Of a stretch of 64,000 nucleotides of DNA, positions 28,387 through 38,258 are shown piece by piece (positions within the stretch are counted from its first letter, which is position 1; every line of letters starts with the position of its first letter). Made by a program: the position numbers and the translations under genes. The notes below the pieces were generated by a model. The model did not search any database. It worked only from the letters and a program-made list of their open reading frames with translations, and had not been told where the DNA came from. Location of the stretch: assembly GCA_964637845.1 (NCBI GenBank), contig CAZWXI010000005.1, positions 494 through 64,493 of the forward strand. Direction: 5' to 3'. This DNA comes from an uncultured Hyphomicrobiales bacterium. Lineage in GTDB: Bacteria; Bacteroidota; Ignavibacteria; Kapaibacteriales; UBA2268.

Positions 28387-28394
28387 CAAAAATA
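28387..28394 (-). promoter_or_regulatory. TAnnTTTG box (TATTTTTG on minus strand) upstream of mltG
   Basis: The complement of CAAAAATA at 28387-28394. This places the microsatellite between the box and the mltG ATG. Confidence 0.3.
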
Positions 28395-28426
28395 TCAAAT
28401 TTTCAAACATTAAAGGATAAAACAAT

Positions 28427-28825
28427 ATGTCAATCAGAGTTTTTTTCCCTGGTAATAAGAAAGTATATGCAGAATACAACGGCTTTACTATCCAAACAGA
28501 CCAACCCATAAGAGCAGGCGGAGATGGCTCTGCCCCATCGCCGTATGATTATTTTTTGGTATCCTTGGCAACATGTGGAGGTATATTCGTAAAAGGTTAT
28601 TGCGATAGTCGCGGCATACCCGCCGATGACATCGAGCTTGTCCAAAATTTAGAATACGACTCGGTAAATAAAAGGATTTCAAAAGTCAAAATTGATGTCC
28701 TCGTACCACCCGATTTTCCGCAGGACCACTATAAGGCATTGGTGAATGTTGTAAATCATTGCTCAGTCAAGAAAACAATTTTCGACCCGCCCGAATTCGT
28801 TGTCGAGACAAAAGTTAAAAAATAA
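28427..28825 (+). CDS. OsmC-family protein (peroxiredoxin-like)
   Basis: 132 aa. GGDGSAPSPYDYFLVSLATCGG and a second Cys in VNHCSVKKT match the OsmC/Ohr family layout. Confidence 0.85.
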   Translation: MSIRVFFPGNKKVYAEYNGFTIQTDQPIRAGGDGSAPSPYDYFLVSLATCGGIFVKGYCDSRGIPADDIELVQNLEYDSVNKRISKVKIDVLVPPDFPQDHYKALVNVVNHCSVKKTIFDPPEFVVETKVKK

Positions 28826-28852
28826 ACAGCCTATCTGAAGAGATTTTTAAAT

Positions 28853-28860
28853 TACTTTTG
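28853..28860 (+). promoter_or_regulatory. TAnnTTTG box (TACTTTTG) upstream of ychF
   Basis: The motif ends 29 nt upstream of the ATG at 28890. Confidence 0.35.
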
Positions 28861-28889
28861 CAATTTATTCATTAGCAAAAGTGTAAATT

Positions 28890-29999
28890 ATGCCCGTTAA
28901 TTGCGGAATTGTCGGTATGCCGAATGTCGGCAAAACGACCATATTCTCGGCTCTTACGTCAACCAAAGCCGAGACTTCTAACTACGCATTCAGTACGATT
29001 GACCCGAATTACGGTAGCGTTGATGTTCCCGATAAGCGTTTATTCAAGATTTCTGAACTTATCAAGCCGTTAAAAACACTCCCAACAACTGTTGAATTTG
29101 TTGATTTGGCAGGCCTTGTACGTGGTTCATCAAAGGGTGAAGGTCTTGGGAATCAATTCTTGGCAAACATAAGGCAGGTTGGGGCAATTATACACGTGGT
29201 TCGTTGTTTCGATGATGAAAATATTCACCATGTCGAAGGCAGCATTAATCCAATCCGCGACATTGAAACAATCGAAATCGAACTTGCTTTTGCAGATCTG
29301 GAATCAATTAACCGGAAAATTGAAAATTTAGCCAAACAACTTCGTTCAAATGATAGGATGATTGCCGAACGTGCCAAAATTCTCGAACCCGTATTGCAAA
29401 AAGTTTCAAACGAATTATTGGACGGCATACCCTTGCGCAAGATGGAACTTACCGATGAACAACTCTTTGCGATGAAGGACATGAATCTGATTACATTGAA
29501 ACAGCAAATCTATTGCTGCAATGTCGATGAGAAGTTCTTAGGTGCCGATAACGATTACGTAAAATCGGTAAAAGAATATGCAGTAAAGAATGGTTCAGAT
29601 GTCATTGTCATCAGCGGTAAACTCGAAGCCGAAATTTCTGAGTTTGAAACAGAAGACGAAAGACGTGAATTTTTAGACTCAGCCGGACTGGATGAGTCAG
29701 GATTAGACCAATTAATCAGAGCAGCATATCATTCACTTGATTTACAAACCTATTTTACAGCAGGCGAAAAAGAAGTTCGTGCATGGACGTTCAAACGCGG
29801 AATGAAAGCTCCTCAAGCCGCAGGTATTATCCACAGTGATTTCGAAAGAGGCTTCATCAAAGCTGAAGTTTATCATTGTACGGATTTGTTCGAACTAAAA
29901 ACTGAAGCTAAATTACGCGAATATGGCAAAATGCGACTTGAAGGTAAAGAATACATCGTAAAAGACGGAGATGTAATCCATTTCAGATTTAATGTCTAA
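28890..29999 (+). CDS. ychF: Redox-regulated/ribosome-binding ATPase YchF
   Basis: 369 aa. GIVGMPNVGKTT, DLAGLVRGSSKGEGLGNQFL, and the C-terminal TGS-like IHSDFERGFIKAEV. Confidence 0.93.
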   Translation: MPVNCGIVGMPNVGKTTIFSALTSTKAETSNYAFSTIDPNYGSVDVPDKRLFKISELIKPLKTLPTTVEFVDLAGLVRGSSKGEGLGNQFLANIRQVGAIIHVVRCFDDENIHHVEGSINPIRDIETIEIELAFADLESINRKIENLAKQLRSNDRMIAERAKILEPVLQKVSNELLDGIPLRKMELTDEQLFAMKDMNLITLKQQIYCCNVDEKFLGADNDYVKSVKEYAVKNGSDVIVISGKLEAEISEFETEDERREFLDSAGLDESGLDQLIRAAYHSLDLQTYFTAGEKEVRAWTFKRGMKAPQAAGIIHSDFERGFIKAEVYHCTDLFELKTEAKLREYGKMRLEGKEYIVKDGDVIHFRFNV

Positions 30000-30508
30000 A
30001 ATCCATCGGTTATTACAATTTTTTCAGCGAGGGATCTGTTTGCCAACATCTGTAAAAGCTCATTTTTGAATGCGTCATACATTTCTCGTTGTTCATTGTC
30101 ATCTGATTGACGAGTAATCGATATTGTATGTTTCGATGTTCTGAACTTAATTGTCAGATATTCATTTACATTTTCAACGTGCTTTGTATTGCTAAACTTA
30201 ACGTTTTCAATCGCGTCCCAAGCAAATTTGAATTCTTTATCTTTTTTGATATTACGCTCGTAGATACCGCTATCGTCCAAGACAAATTCAGAATCATAAA
30301 TCAAAGCGTATTTGACAACTCCGAAATAAACAACCAGCACCACAGAAGCTATTATAAATACGGCTATCAGATAATCAATATCCTTGTAGGATTTGAGTAT
30401 GAAAAAAGTCACAAACATTGCCGGAAGCATTAAAATAAAAAAATATAACATCGAGCGAGTTATTTTTTTATAATCTGTAACAGCAAACCTATACTTAGGC
30501 ATATTCAT
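29996..30508 (-). CDS. Hypothetical membrane protein (two TM helices plus soluble C-terminal domain)
   Basis: 170-aa ORF. Hydrophobic segments LYFFILMLPAMFVTFFIL and LIAVFIIASVVLVVYFGVV. No recognisable motif. Confidence 0.5.
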   Translation of the reverse strand: MNMPKYRFAVTDYKKITRSMLYFFILMLPAMFVTFFILKSYKDIDYLIAVFIIASVVLVVYFGVVKYALIYDSEFVLDDSGIYERNIKKDKEFKFAWDAIENVKFSNTKHVENVNEYLTIKFRTSKHTISITRQSDDNEQREMYDAFKNELLQMLANRSLAEKIVITDGF

Positions 30509-30748
30509 TCCTATAATTAACTTTATCCAATCTACAAAATAACAATTTTTGAATTAGAATAACAAATTTTAATTTACTACAAGTATTGCTACCTGTTTTT
30601 GCCATCAGGGTATAGTGGTTCTTGTAAAACATTCAATCAACCAGACATAAAATTTACAAAATAATCCAATTGGGATTATCCTTCGTATTTCAAATGAACA
30701 AAATGAGCGTTTGTTGAAAAGTATTGTTTGATTTAATAAGTAAATGAT

Positions 30749-30756
30749 TTAATTTT
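30749..30756 (+). promoter_or_regulatory. TAnnTTTG box (TAATTTTG) upstream of PPK2 gene
   Basis: The motif ends 32 nt upstream of the ATG at 30789. Confidence 0.35.
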
Positions 30757-30788
30757 GTTTTGTTAAATTTTATTAGCGCCCGAATTTG

Positions 30789-31598
30789 ATGAAAACAAGT
30801 AAATACTTAGTGAAACCCGGTTCAGAAGTTGATTTGCATAAAATTGATGCTGACGAACATCATTCATACTTAGGTTCGAAGGAAACTGCTTTAGCAGAGA
30901 TTAAACTTCTAAATCTCGAACTCGACAAACTCCAAAAAGTTCAGCATGCGGAAAAAAAGCATAAAATTCTGATTGTATTCCAAGGCATAGATGCAAGCGG
31001 CAAAGACGGAGCAATTCGAAACGTTTTCAATAGTGTCAACCCGAGCGGTGTTTACGTTGCCCATTTCGGAGCGCCAAGTAAGGATGAGTTATCGAGAGAT
31101 TTTTTGTGGAGAATTCACTATAAAGTACCTGCAAAAGGCGAAATGGTAATTTTCAATCGCAGCCACTACGAGGACGTTCTGATAGTTCGCGTCCAAAAAT
31201 TAATGCCCAAATCTGTATGGCAGAAGAGATTCAAGCACATTAACGATTTCGAAGAAATGCTGGCAGATGAGGGAACAACAATATACAAATTTTATTTACA
31301 CATCAGCAATGAAGAGCAGCGCAGACGACTCCAATCACGCATTAATAATCCCGATAAACATTGGAAAATTGACCCTAACGATTTCAAAGATAGAGATCAG
31401 TGGAATGATTACATCGAGGCATATAATGATGTTTTAATTAAAACCTCTACTAAGTGGGCACCTTGGTATGTGATACCGTCAAATAAGAAATGGTATCGCG
31501 ATTTGTTGATTTCTAATATTCTTGTTTCAGAATTATCGGAACTTAAAATGAAATACCCTCTGCCAAAAGACGATTACAAGGGTTTGATAATTAAATAA
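30789..31598 (+). CDS. ppk2: Polyphosphate kinase 2 family protein
   Basis: ILIVFQGIDASGKDGAIR (P-loop), FLWRIH and IFNRSHYEDVL are PPK2 motifs. The ATG at 30789 follows the TTG used by the ORF track. Confidence 0.88.
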   Translation: MKTSKYLVKPGSEVDLHKIDADEHHSYLGSKETALAEIKLLNLELDKLQKVQHAEKKHKILIVFQGIDASGKDGAIRNVFNSVNPSGVYVAHFGAPSKDELSRDFLWRIHYKVPAKGEMVIFNRSHYEDVLIVRVQKLMPKSVWQKRFKHINDFEEMLADEGTTIYKFYLHISNEEQRRRLQSRINNPDKHWKIDPNDFKDRDQWNDYIEAYNDVLIKTSTKWAPWYVIPSNKKWYRDLLISNILVSELSELKMKYPLPKDDYKGLIIK

Positions 31599-31905
31599 TC
31601 ATAAATTCTCTAATATATGACACTGTCCTCTGGGCTTCAACCTGTTCACCGAATAGTTGATTATGTTCAGCCCTCAAATCCGAGGCGAAATTCTTGATGT
31701 ATCGCTCATAATCAGATTTTGACTCAAAGAAGTACCTTGCCCGGAATTGATTACTTTCGTTACCATCTGATTCTACTTCTTCAAACTCAGCTTTCATGAA
31801 GCATCCTGTTTTCAGAACATCATTGATATGTTTTTCAAGCATATATTTTCGCCACTCGGATGCTATTTCCAACTTAACTGCCACACTAACCGTAAAAACA
31901 AACAT
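31591..31905 (-). CDS. DUF4286-family protein
   Basis: A start at the internal ATG (MFVFTVSVAVKLEIASEWRKYMLEKHINDVLKTGCF) gives about 104 aa and lies 2 nt after the glnS stop. The pattern matches DUF4286 as I recall it. Confidence 0.6.
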   Translation of the reverse strand: MFVFTVSVAVKLEIASEWRKYMLEKHINDVLKTGCFMKAEFEEVESDGNESNQFRARYFFESKSDYERYIKNFASDLRAEHNQLFGEQVEAQRTVSYIREFMII

Positions 31906-31907
31906 AC

Positions 31908-33611
31908 CTAATTCTCCTTCGACTGAACTTTTGTCCAAGTATCCCTGAGACTGACTATACGATTAAAAACGGGAATATCTGCTGTTGATAATTTCGAATC
32001 GACACAAAAATATCCGATCCTTTCGAATTGATATCTTTCACTTGCATCAGCATCTTTCAACGAAGTCTCCAACTTACAATTTGACATGACTTTCAATGAA
32101 TCAGGGTTCAAATAATTGGTGAATTCTTTGCCGTCCTCAACCGAGTTCGGATTTTCTTTCGCAAATAGATGTTCGTAAAGTCTAACTTCGGCATTGATGC
32201 AATTATTTGCAGAAACCCAATGAAGTGTAGCTTTGACTTTTCGAGTATCAATACCGCTTCCGCTTTTAGTGTCTGGATAATAGACACATTGAAGCTCAGT
32301 TATATTTCCTATCTCATCTTTGATAACAGTTTCGCATTTGATTATGTATGCATAACGAAGTCTAACTTCACTTCCGGGTGATAATCTAAAGAATTTTCGG
32401 GGTGGGTCTTCCATAAAATCGTCTCGTTCAATATATAATTCCTTCGTAAAAGCCACTTTACGAGTACCCATACTTTCATCTTCGGGATTATTTATCGCAT
32501 CAATGTATTCTAATTCGTCCTCAGGGAAATTAGTTATAACAATTTTTATCGGATTTAGAACAGCCATTACTCTTTTAGCAGTGCTATTAAGGTGTTTACG
32601 AAGCGAATATTCAAGCATCGCAACATCAACCACGCTATCTGCTTTAGCAACACCTACCATTTCTACAAAAGTTCTTATTGATTCGGGCGTATAGCCGCGT
32701 CTTCTGAAACCTGCAATGGTAGGCATTCGTGGGTCATCCCAACCATCAACCCAACTTTCCTCGACAAGTTTTAATAATTTACGCTTACTCAAAACCGTAT
32801 AATTAAGATTTAATCTTGCAAACTCAATTTGTTGGGGTCTGTATAAATCTAATTCTATTAAGAACCAATCATACAAGGGGCGGTTGTTCTCAAACTCCAG
32901 GGTACATAGCGAATGAGTAATGTATTCTATTGAATCTGATATACAGTGAGTAAAATCATACATAGGATAAATACACCACTGAGTTCCCGTGCGGTGATGA
33001 TGTTCGCGTTTGATTCGATAAATAATAGGGTCTCGCATGTTTATATTGGGCGATGCCATATCAATCTTTGCTCTTAAAACCATTGCTCCATCTGGGAACT
33101 CACCGTTTTTCATTCGGCGGAATAAATCAAGGTTTTCATCAATAGGTCTTTCGCGATAGGGGCTGTTTATGCCGGGTTCTGTCAATGTACCTCTAAACTC
33201 TCTCATTTGCTCTTGTGTTAATTCACATACGAAAGCTTTACCCTTAAGAATAAGTTGTTCAGCTAATTCATACAATCGCTCAAAATAATCAGAGGCAAAG
33301 TATTCTCTGTCTTCCCAATCGAACCCGAGCCAACGGACGTCTTCTTTGATTGCATCAACATATTCTACATCTTCTTTTGTGGGATTAGTATCATCGAAAC
33401 GCAGATTGCACAATCCGTTATATTCCTTTGCCAGTCCAAAATTCAAGCAAATGGACTTTGCATGCCCTATATGCAAATATCCGTTTGGCTCTGGAGGAAA
33501 TCGAGTATGTACCCTGCCTTCATATTTATTGGTTTTTAAATCGTCGTTGATTATTGCTTTTATGAAGTTCGATGCACTTTTAGGTGCTTCCGATGTATTT
33601 AGTTCGCCCAT
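31908..33611 (-). CDS. glnS: Glutamine--tRNA ligase
   Basis: 567 aa. [17 protein letters not shown] (HIGH motif), a VLSKRKL (KMSKS-type) motif, and C-terminal anticodon-binding beta-barrel region. Confidence 0.95.
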   Translation of the reverse strand: MGELNTSEAPKSASNFIKAIINDDLKTNKYEGRVHTRFPPEPNGYLHIGHAKSICLNFGLAKEYNGLCNLRFDDTNPTKEDVEYVDAIKEDVRWLGFDWEDREYFASDYFERLYELAEQLILKGKAFVCELTQEQMREFRGTLTEPGINSPYRERPIDENLDLFRRMKNGEFPDGAMVLRAKIDMASPNINMRDPIIYRIKREHHHRTGTQWCIYPMYDFTHCISDSIEYITHSLCTLEFENNRPLYDWFLIELDLYRPQQIEFARLNLNYTVLSKRKLLKLVEESWVDGWDDPRMPTIAGFRRRGYTPESIRTFVEMVGVAKADSVVDVAMLEYSLRKHLNSTAKRVMAVLNPIKIVITNFPEDELEYIDAINNPEDESMGTRKVAFTKELYIERDDFMEDPPRKFFRLSPGSEVRLRYAYIIKCETVIKDEIGNITELQCVYYPDTKSGSGIDTRKVKATLHWVSANNCINAEVRLYEHLFAKENPNSVEDGKEFTNYLNPDSLKVMSNCKLETSLKDADASERYQFERIGYFCVDSKLSTADIPVFNRIVSLRDTWTKVQSKEN

Positions 33612-33740
33612 CTTCTGAATAAATTATTTTAAAAATAAAAATAGTAATAAAATTACTCTAATATTAAATTGACGAATGAATTCAAGGAAATTTGTTAATA
33701 ATTTATCAAATAATTTCAATATATTGCATATATATACTTA

Positions 33741-34967
33741 ATGAAAGTGAAACTTGTAAGACTAAATTTCGAAAATAGCGAAGAAGCCAAGATACCTACT
33801 GTCAGTGAACTGACAGCAAGAATACGCTCTGTATTAGAGAACGATTTTGCTTTTATCTCCGTAACTGGTGAATTGTCTAATGTAACTCTGCATTCATCAG
33901 GGCATAGATACTTTTCACTTAAAGATGAAGGCGCACAGATTGCATGTGTAATGTGGCGTGGGAAGCATTTGTCCTTTCAACCTAAAGATGGTTTGAAAGT
34001 AAAACTGACCGGCAAACTAACCATATATCCGCCTCAGGGTAAATATCAAATTGATGTCAATTCAATGCTCCCCATAGGCGAAGGAGATTTGTATCTTGCC
34101 TTTATGGCTCTCAAAACCCAACTCGAATCTGAAGGGTATTTCGATTTTCAGAGAAAGCGTCCACTACCCTATTCAATTATGAGAGTTGGTGTATCAACTT
34201 CTCCAACTGGCGCCGCTGTTCAAGACATCCTTTCTACAATTTCTCGGAGATTTCCTCTCGTCACTGTTTATTTCAGACCAACATTAGTTCAAGGTGAAGG
34301 CTCTGCTGCCGATATTGCAAAAGCAATAAAGGAGTTAAACAAAATGTCCGTTGACGTCATAATTATTACCCGTGGTGGTGGTTCTATCGAAGATCTTTGG
34401 GCTTACAACGAACGCATAGTTGCCGATGCGATTTTCAACTCTAAAACGCCAATTATTTCCGCAGTCGGACATGAAACCGATTTTACCATTGCTGATTTTG
34501 TTGCTGATGTAAGAGCCGCTACACCGACGGCGTCTGCTGAATTAATAACTCCAAATACGGTTGAAGACTACTTTTATCATTTGGATTTATCAACCGATAA
34601 AATGACAAAATCAGTAACCAACGTGATTAACGCTACGAAATCTCTCATTTCAAAAGATTTTGCTTTGAAGGCTACGAGACGCATTACTGAAAAACTAAAA
34701 ACATACGATGGGGTTTTGAATCAGAAAAAGCAACTGCTACAAACTGCTATTACCTCGAAATTTAAATTGATTAACTTGGAATTGAATACTCTTAGCTCCG
34801 TAATCAGAGCTAATGACCCAAAATCGCCACTGAATAAAGGATACGCCTTATTGCAATATAACGGTAAATATATTAATAATGACACTACACTAAATCAATT
34901 TACAAATATTGACATTCTCAGGAAAAACGAAAAAATAAATGTTTCCATAAATCAAAAGAAAGATTAA
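33741..34967 (+). CDS. xseA: Exodeoxyribonuclease VII large subunit
   Basis: 408 aa. N-terminal OB fold (ISVTGELSNV...SGHRYFSLKD), TRGGGSIEDLWAYN and GHETDFTIADFVADVRAATPTA. Confidence 0.93.
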   Translation: MKVKLVRLNFENSEEAKIPTVSELTARIRSVLENDFAFISVTGELSNVTLHSSGHRYFSLKDEGAQIACVMWRGKHLSFQPKDGLKVKLTGKLTIYPPQGKYQIDVNSMLPIGEGDLYLAFMALKTQLESEGYFDFQRKRPLPYSIMRVGVSTSPTGAAVQDILSTISRRFPLVTVYFRPTLVQGEGSAADIAKAIKELNKMSVDVIIITRGGGSIEDLWAYNERIVADAIFNSKTPIISAVGHETDFTIADFVADVRAATPTASAELITPNTVEDYFYHLDLSTDKMTKSVTNVINATKSLISKDFALKATRRITEKLKTYDGVLNQKKQLLQTAITSKFKLINLELNTLSSVIRANDPKSPLNKGYALLQYNGKYINNDTTLNQFTNIDILRKNEKINVSINQKKD

Positions 34968-34970
34968 GAA

Positions 34971-35165
34971 ATGATATTTGAAGAAAAAATAAAACGAATT
35001 GACCAAATTGCAGGTTTGCTCGATGAGGGCAATTTATCGCTTGACGAAATGACAAATCTCTACGAAGAAGGACTTAAACTCGCTGCCGAATGTAGAGAAT
35101 ACATTGAAAAAGCCGAGTTGAAAATTATAGATATAACAAATAAATACAGCGAGCCAAATTCTTAG
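34971..35165 (+). CDS. xseB: Exodeoxyribonuclease VII small subunit
   Basis: 64 aa, located immediately after xseA. LSLDEMTNLYEEGLKLAAECREYIEKAE. Confidence 0.85.
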   Translation: MIFEEKIKRIDQIAGLLDEGNLSLDEMTNLYEEGLKLAAECREYIEKAELKIIDITNKYSEPNS

Positions 35166-35174
35166 GTCAAAGTA

Positions 35175-36746
35175 TCAACTTGCTTTTTCAACTATTGATT
35201 TTTTGCCGAATCTTTCTTTTTTGAAAGCCCTGAGTATGAACTCTGCTTCCCTAAAAGGAACCGTTATGAATGAGTATGTATCATAAATTTCAATGTTGCT
35301 TATCTTAGCTTCGCGTGTTTTAGCTTTTTGGACTATAAAGTCAACTACAGAACGTTTAGTCATCCCGTCTTTCTTACCTTTAGCAATGAAAAGTTTAGTC
35401 GCCTCTTTAATTGAAGGTTTTGCATCATCAATTTCTTTAAAAGTTGTAATATCTAAATCGTCATGAAATGTATATTTTAGTAATGCAGCAAGAGCGCTCT
35501 CGGGTTCAACGGTAGCGAGTATTTTGTTCGCCAAAGATTTGTAGATTTTTTCGATTTTTTCATTTGCTCTAAGCTCAACTTCATCTATAATCCATTTTTT
35601 CTTCATTTCAATTATTTCGCTTATACCGGGTATTTTACCTTTTCGTATATCTGTTTTCGAATGTTTTTGAATCAGCATAAGGTTCCGTAGTTCACGTCTT
35701 GTGACAAATGTTATAGCTGTGCCTTCGTTGCCCGCTCTGCCGGTTCTGCCGACTCTGTGGACGTAAGATTCAGGGTCTTGTGGCAACGAATAATTTATCA
35801 CGTGCGTTAAATTGTTTATGTCAATGCCTCGAGCCGCAACATCTGTTGCAATAAGTATATTGACTTTCTTACTTTTCAATTGCGATAAAACCTTTTCTCT
35901 TTGCGATTGTGAAATATCCCCGTGTATTGCCTCTGCTTGATAACCTCTGTCGTTCAATCTGTTTGTAACCCTATCTACGTCTACTTTTGTCCTGCAAAAG
36001 ACAAGCCCGTAGAAATCAATTTCATAATCGATAATTCTGCAAAGTGCTTCTAATTTGTCGGCTTCTTCGACCTCAAAATAAATTTGGTCAGTCAGGATCG
36101 TTGTCAATTGGTTACTTTCAATTTTGATGGTTTTGAATTCGCTCATATATTTATGTGCAAGCGACATGATTTCTTTTGGCATAGTAGCGCAAAACATGTA
36201 AGTCCTTTTTTGAGAATTCGTTGTCTTCATGATAAATTCAACATCTTCTACAAATCCCATGTTTAACATCTCGTCAGCTTCATCCAGCACTAAATAAGAA
36301 ATATCCTTGAGATTGAGATTTTTCCTTTTTATTAGGTCTATAACTCTTCCGGGAGTGCCAACGATAATATCAACTCCGGTAGTTAACTTGCCGATTTGCT
36401 TGTCAATGGATTGTCCGCCATAAATCGGTAATATAGTCAGCTTTTTTTGCCCCCTGAAGGAATTCAATTCTTCTGAAATTTGAATTGCAAGTTCGCGGGT
36501 TGGAGCCAAAATAATTATTTGAATTTGTCCCGTGGATCCATCGACTAAATCAAGCAAGGGCAAACCAAATGCCGCTGTTTTACCCGTACCTGTTTGAGCT
36601 TGACCCACTAAGTCGAATTCGCTTTCTAAGATTATCGGAATTGTCTTTTCTTGAATTGGGGTCGGGATTTCGAATCCTCTTTTTCTGAGAGATTGCAAAA
36701 TGTTATTCGACAAACCTAAATTGTCGAAAGATATTGTTTTGTTCAT
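35175..36746 (-). CDS. DEAD-box ATP-dependent RNA helicase with C-terminal DbpA-type RNA-binding domain
   Basis: Q-motif FEIPTPIQ, AQTGTGKTAAF, PTRELA, DEADEM, HRVGRTGRAG, and a C-terminal RRM-like domain. Confidence 0.92.
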   Translation of the reverse strand: MNKTISFDNLGLSNNILQSLRKRGFEIPTPIQEKTIPIILESEFDLVGQAQTGTGKTAAFGLPLLDLVDGSTGQIQIIILAPTRELAIQISEELNSFRGQKKLTILPIYGGQSIDKQIGKLTTGVDIIVGTPGRVIDLIKRKNLNLKDISYLVLDEADEMLNMGFVEDVEFIMKTTNSQKRTYMFCATMPKEIMSLAHKYMSEFKTIKIESNQLTTILTDQIYFEVEEADKLEALCRIIDYEIDFYGLVFCRTKVDVDRVTNRLNDRGYQAEAIHGDISQSQREKVLSQLKSKKVNILIATDVAARGIDINNLTHVINYSLPQDPESYVHRVGRTGRAGNEGTAITFVTRRELRNLMLIQKHSKTDIRKGKIPGISEIIEMKKKWIIDEVELRANEKIEKIYKSLANKILATVEPESALAALLKYTFHDDLDITTFKEIDDAKPSIKEATKLFIAKGKKDGMTKRSVVDFIVQKAKTREAKISNIEIYDTYSFITVPFREAEFILRAFKKERFGKKSIVEKAS

Positions 36747-36860
36747 TTTACTTACATAAAAATGTGATTCACAAGATTTTTTGTTTAATACAATAGAAAA
36801 GAGACGATACTAAAAATAGTTATTGCAATATTAAATTGTATTACTGATATTATTTTATTG

Positions 36861-36868
36861 TAATTTTG
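36861..36868 (+). promoter_or_regulatory. TAnnTTTG box (TAATTTTG) 7 nt before the start codon (possible leaderless mRNA)
   Basis: The motif ends at 36868 and the ATG is at 36876. Confidence 0.35.
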
Positions 36869-36875
36869 TAAACCT

Positions 36876-37877
36876 ATGATGAATTCTCAAATTAAAAATA
36901 TAATCAAATATATAGTTGGCATTATAATACTTTTTGCTTGCATATATTTTACTTCAAAGCAAGTAAATATCGGGGAAGTGACTACCGTTTTGAAGCAGAT
37001 ATATATATTTCCCGTACTTTTAAGCATTCCTTTCATTTTGCTATCAAATCTAATCCGGGCTTATCGTTGGAAGATATTATTGCGTGTTATAAAACCAGAA
37101 ATCAAAGTAAATAATATTCTCGGTTCGATTATGGTCGGACATCTACTTAACTCTTTTTCAATTAAATTCGGTGAAATCGCTCGCCCGTTAGTGTTAGCCG
37201 AGCATGAAAAAATTTCTAAAACCTCTGTTCTTGCATCAGTTGTTATCGAGGGGCTAGCAGACTTTTTATTCTTAATTTTGTCGCTTGCGATTTGTTTAAT
37301 TTTTATGACTAATGAAATTTCGACCGCATTGAATATTGATTTGGCCAAGTTTGATATTAACTTTATTGTTTATTTTGCGCTTTTAGCCCTGTTTTTGATT
37401 TTGCTTTTCGTTTTCAGAAAAGAAATACGGGAGTACTTTTCAGAAATACTACCCGAAAAACTTAGAAACAATTGTGAACGGAAAATTGAACTTTTCAAAA
37501 TAGGAATGGCGTCAGTCAAGGATTCAAAATCAATTTTTCTTATATCAATATATACGCTGCTTCTATGGTTTGCTTATGCAATAGTAATGTATATTTTATT
37601 TTGGTCTTTTGATTTTCAAATCGAGCAAACGATGACAATTTATGATGCATTGATTATTGTAATTTTTGCTGGCATTGCGACTGCCCTTGGCTTCACTCCT
37701 GCATCAGTTGGGGTATATCATCTAATAGTTGCTTCAATAATTATTTCTCTCTTTTCAATTGAAAGCTCTCAATCTTATGCTTATACAACATTGACTCACT
37801 TTATGAATTTGCTTGTACAATCTGCTTTCGGTATCTATTCTTACGTCCGTTTCAGTATAAATTTACGTACGAAATAA
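36876..37877 (+). CDS. Flippase-like (UPF0104) membrane protein, paralogue of 11715..12749
   Basis: 333 aa, polytopic. It has the same NLIRAYRWKILLRVIKP motif as the other copy. Confidence 0.6.
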   Translation: MMNSQIKNIIKYIVGIIILFACIYFTSKQVNIGEVTTVLKQIYIFPVLLSIPFILLSNLIRAYRWKILLRVIKPEIKVNNILGSIMVGHLLNSFSIKFGEIARPLVLAEHEKISKTSVLASVVIEGLADFLFLILSLAICLIFMTNEISTALNIDLAKFDINFIVYFALLALFLILLFVFRKEIREYFSEILPEKLRNNCERKIELFKIGMASVKDSKSIFLISIYTLLLWFAYAIVMYILFWSFDFQIEQTMTIYDALIIVIFAGIATALGFTPASVGVYHLIVASIIISLFSIESSQSYAYTTLTHFMNLLVQSAFGIYSYVRFSINLRTK

Positions 37878-38243
37878 TCTTTTCCCTTCTGATTCTATAT
37901 TTTTATTTCAAAGATACTTTCGATTTTAACATACAAAAATCATTAACGCATATAATTTTTTGAAATGGTGTATTGTGAATGCATACTCTATAGGTCGTCA
38001 TATAGTTAGTGAAGATATTGCCGAGCAAGTAGAGATTGTTGACTTTTTGGACAAACGATTTCCAAAAATATAGTTTGAATCTCTATAATACCATATCATC
38101 ACAGGCTATTTTAAGTAATGCTTACAATGGCATTAATCGGAATTTCGTTTGTATTGATATTACCATATATATATTTGATTTTCTGAGCTAAGGTAAAATT
38201 GGCTATCACAAGCTATGAGTTTTCACAACTCATCAGACTTGTT

Positions 38244-38251
38244 TATTTTTG
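38244..38251 (+). promoter_or_regulatory. TAnnTTTG box (TATTTTTG) 7 nt before the dus ATG (possible leaderless mRNA)
   Basis: The motif ends at 38251. The ATG at 38259 gives [26 protein letters not shown]. Confidence 0.35.
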
Positions 38252-38258
38252 TAAATAT

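Noticed and set aside
28299-28511. ORFs translating as ...NININININININ... (+) and ...LYLYLYLYLYLY... (-).
   Set aside because: They are simply translations of the (AAATAT)6 microsatellite in the intergenic region between mltG and the OsmC-like gene. They are not credible coding sequence.
37960-38073. Short ORF ending ...IVSEDIAEQVEIVDFLDKRFPKI, whose EQ.EIV..LD string resembles the conserved region of type I restriction S subunits.
   Set aside because: Only about 12 residues of resemblance. No neighbouring hsdM/hsdR or other restriction genes. Too short to distinguish from chance.
38118-38186. 22-codon hydrophobic ORF (MLTMALIGISFVLILPYIYLIF) upstream of dus. I considered it as a possible small membrane peptide or type I toxin.
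   Set aside because: In AT-rich DNA, T-rich codons give Ile/Leu/Phe/Tyr-rich chance ORFs. I could identify no RBS, antisense-RNA features or conservation.
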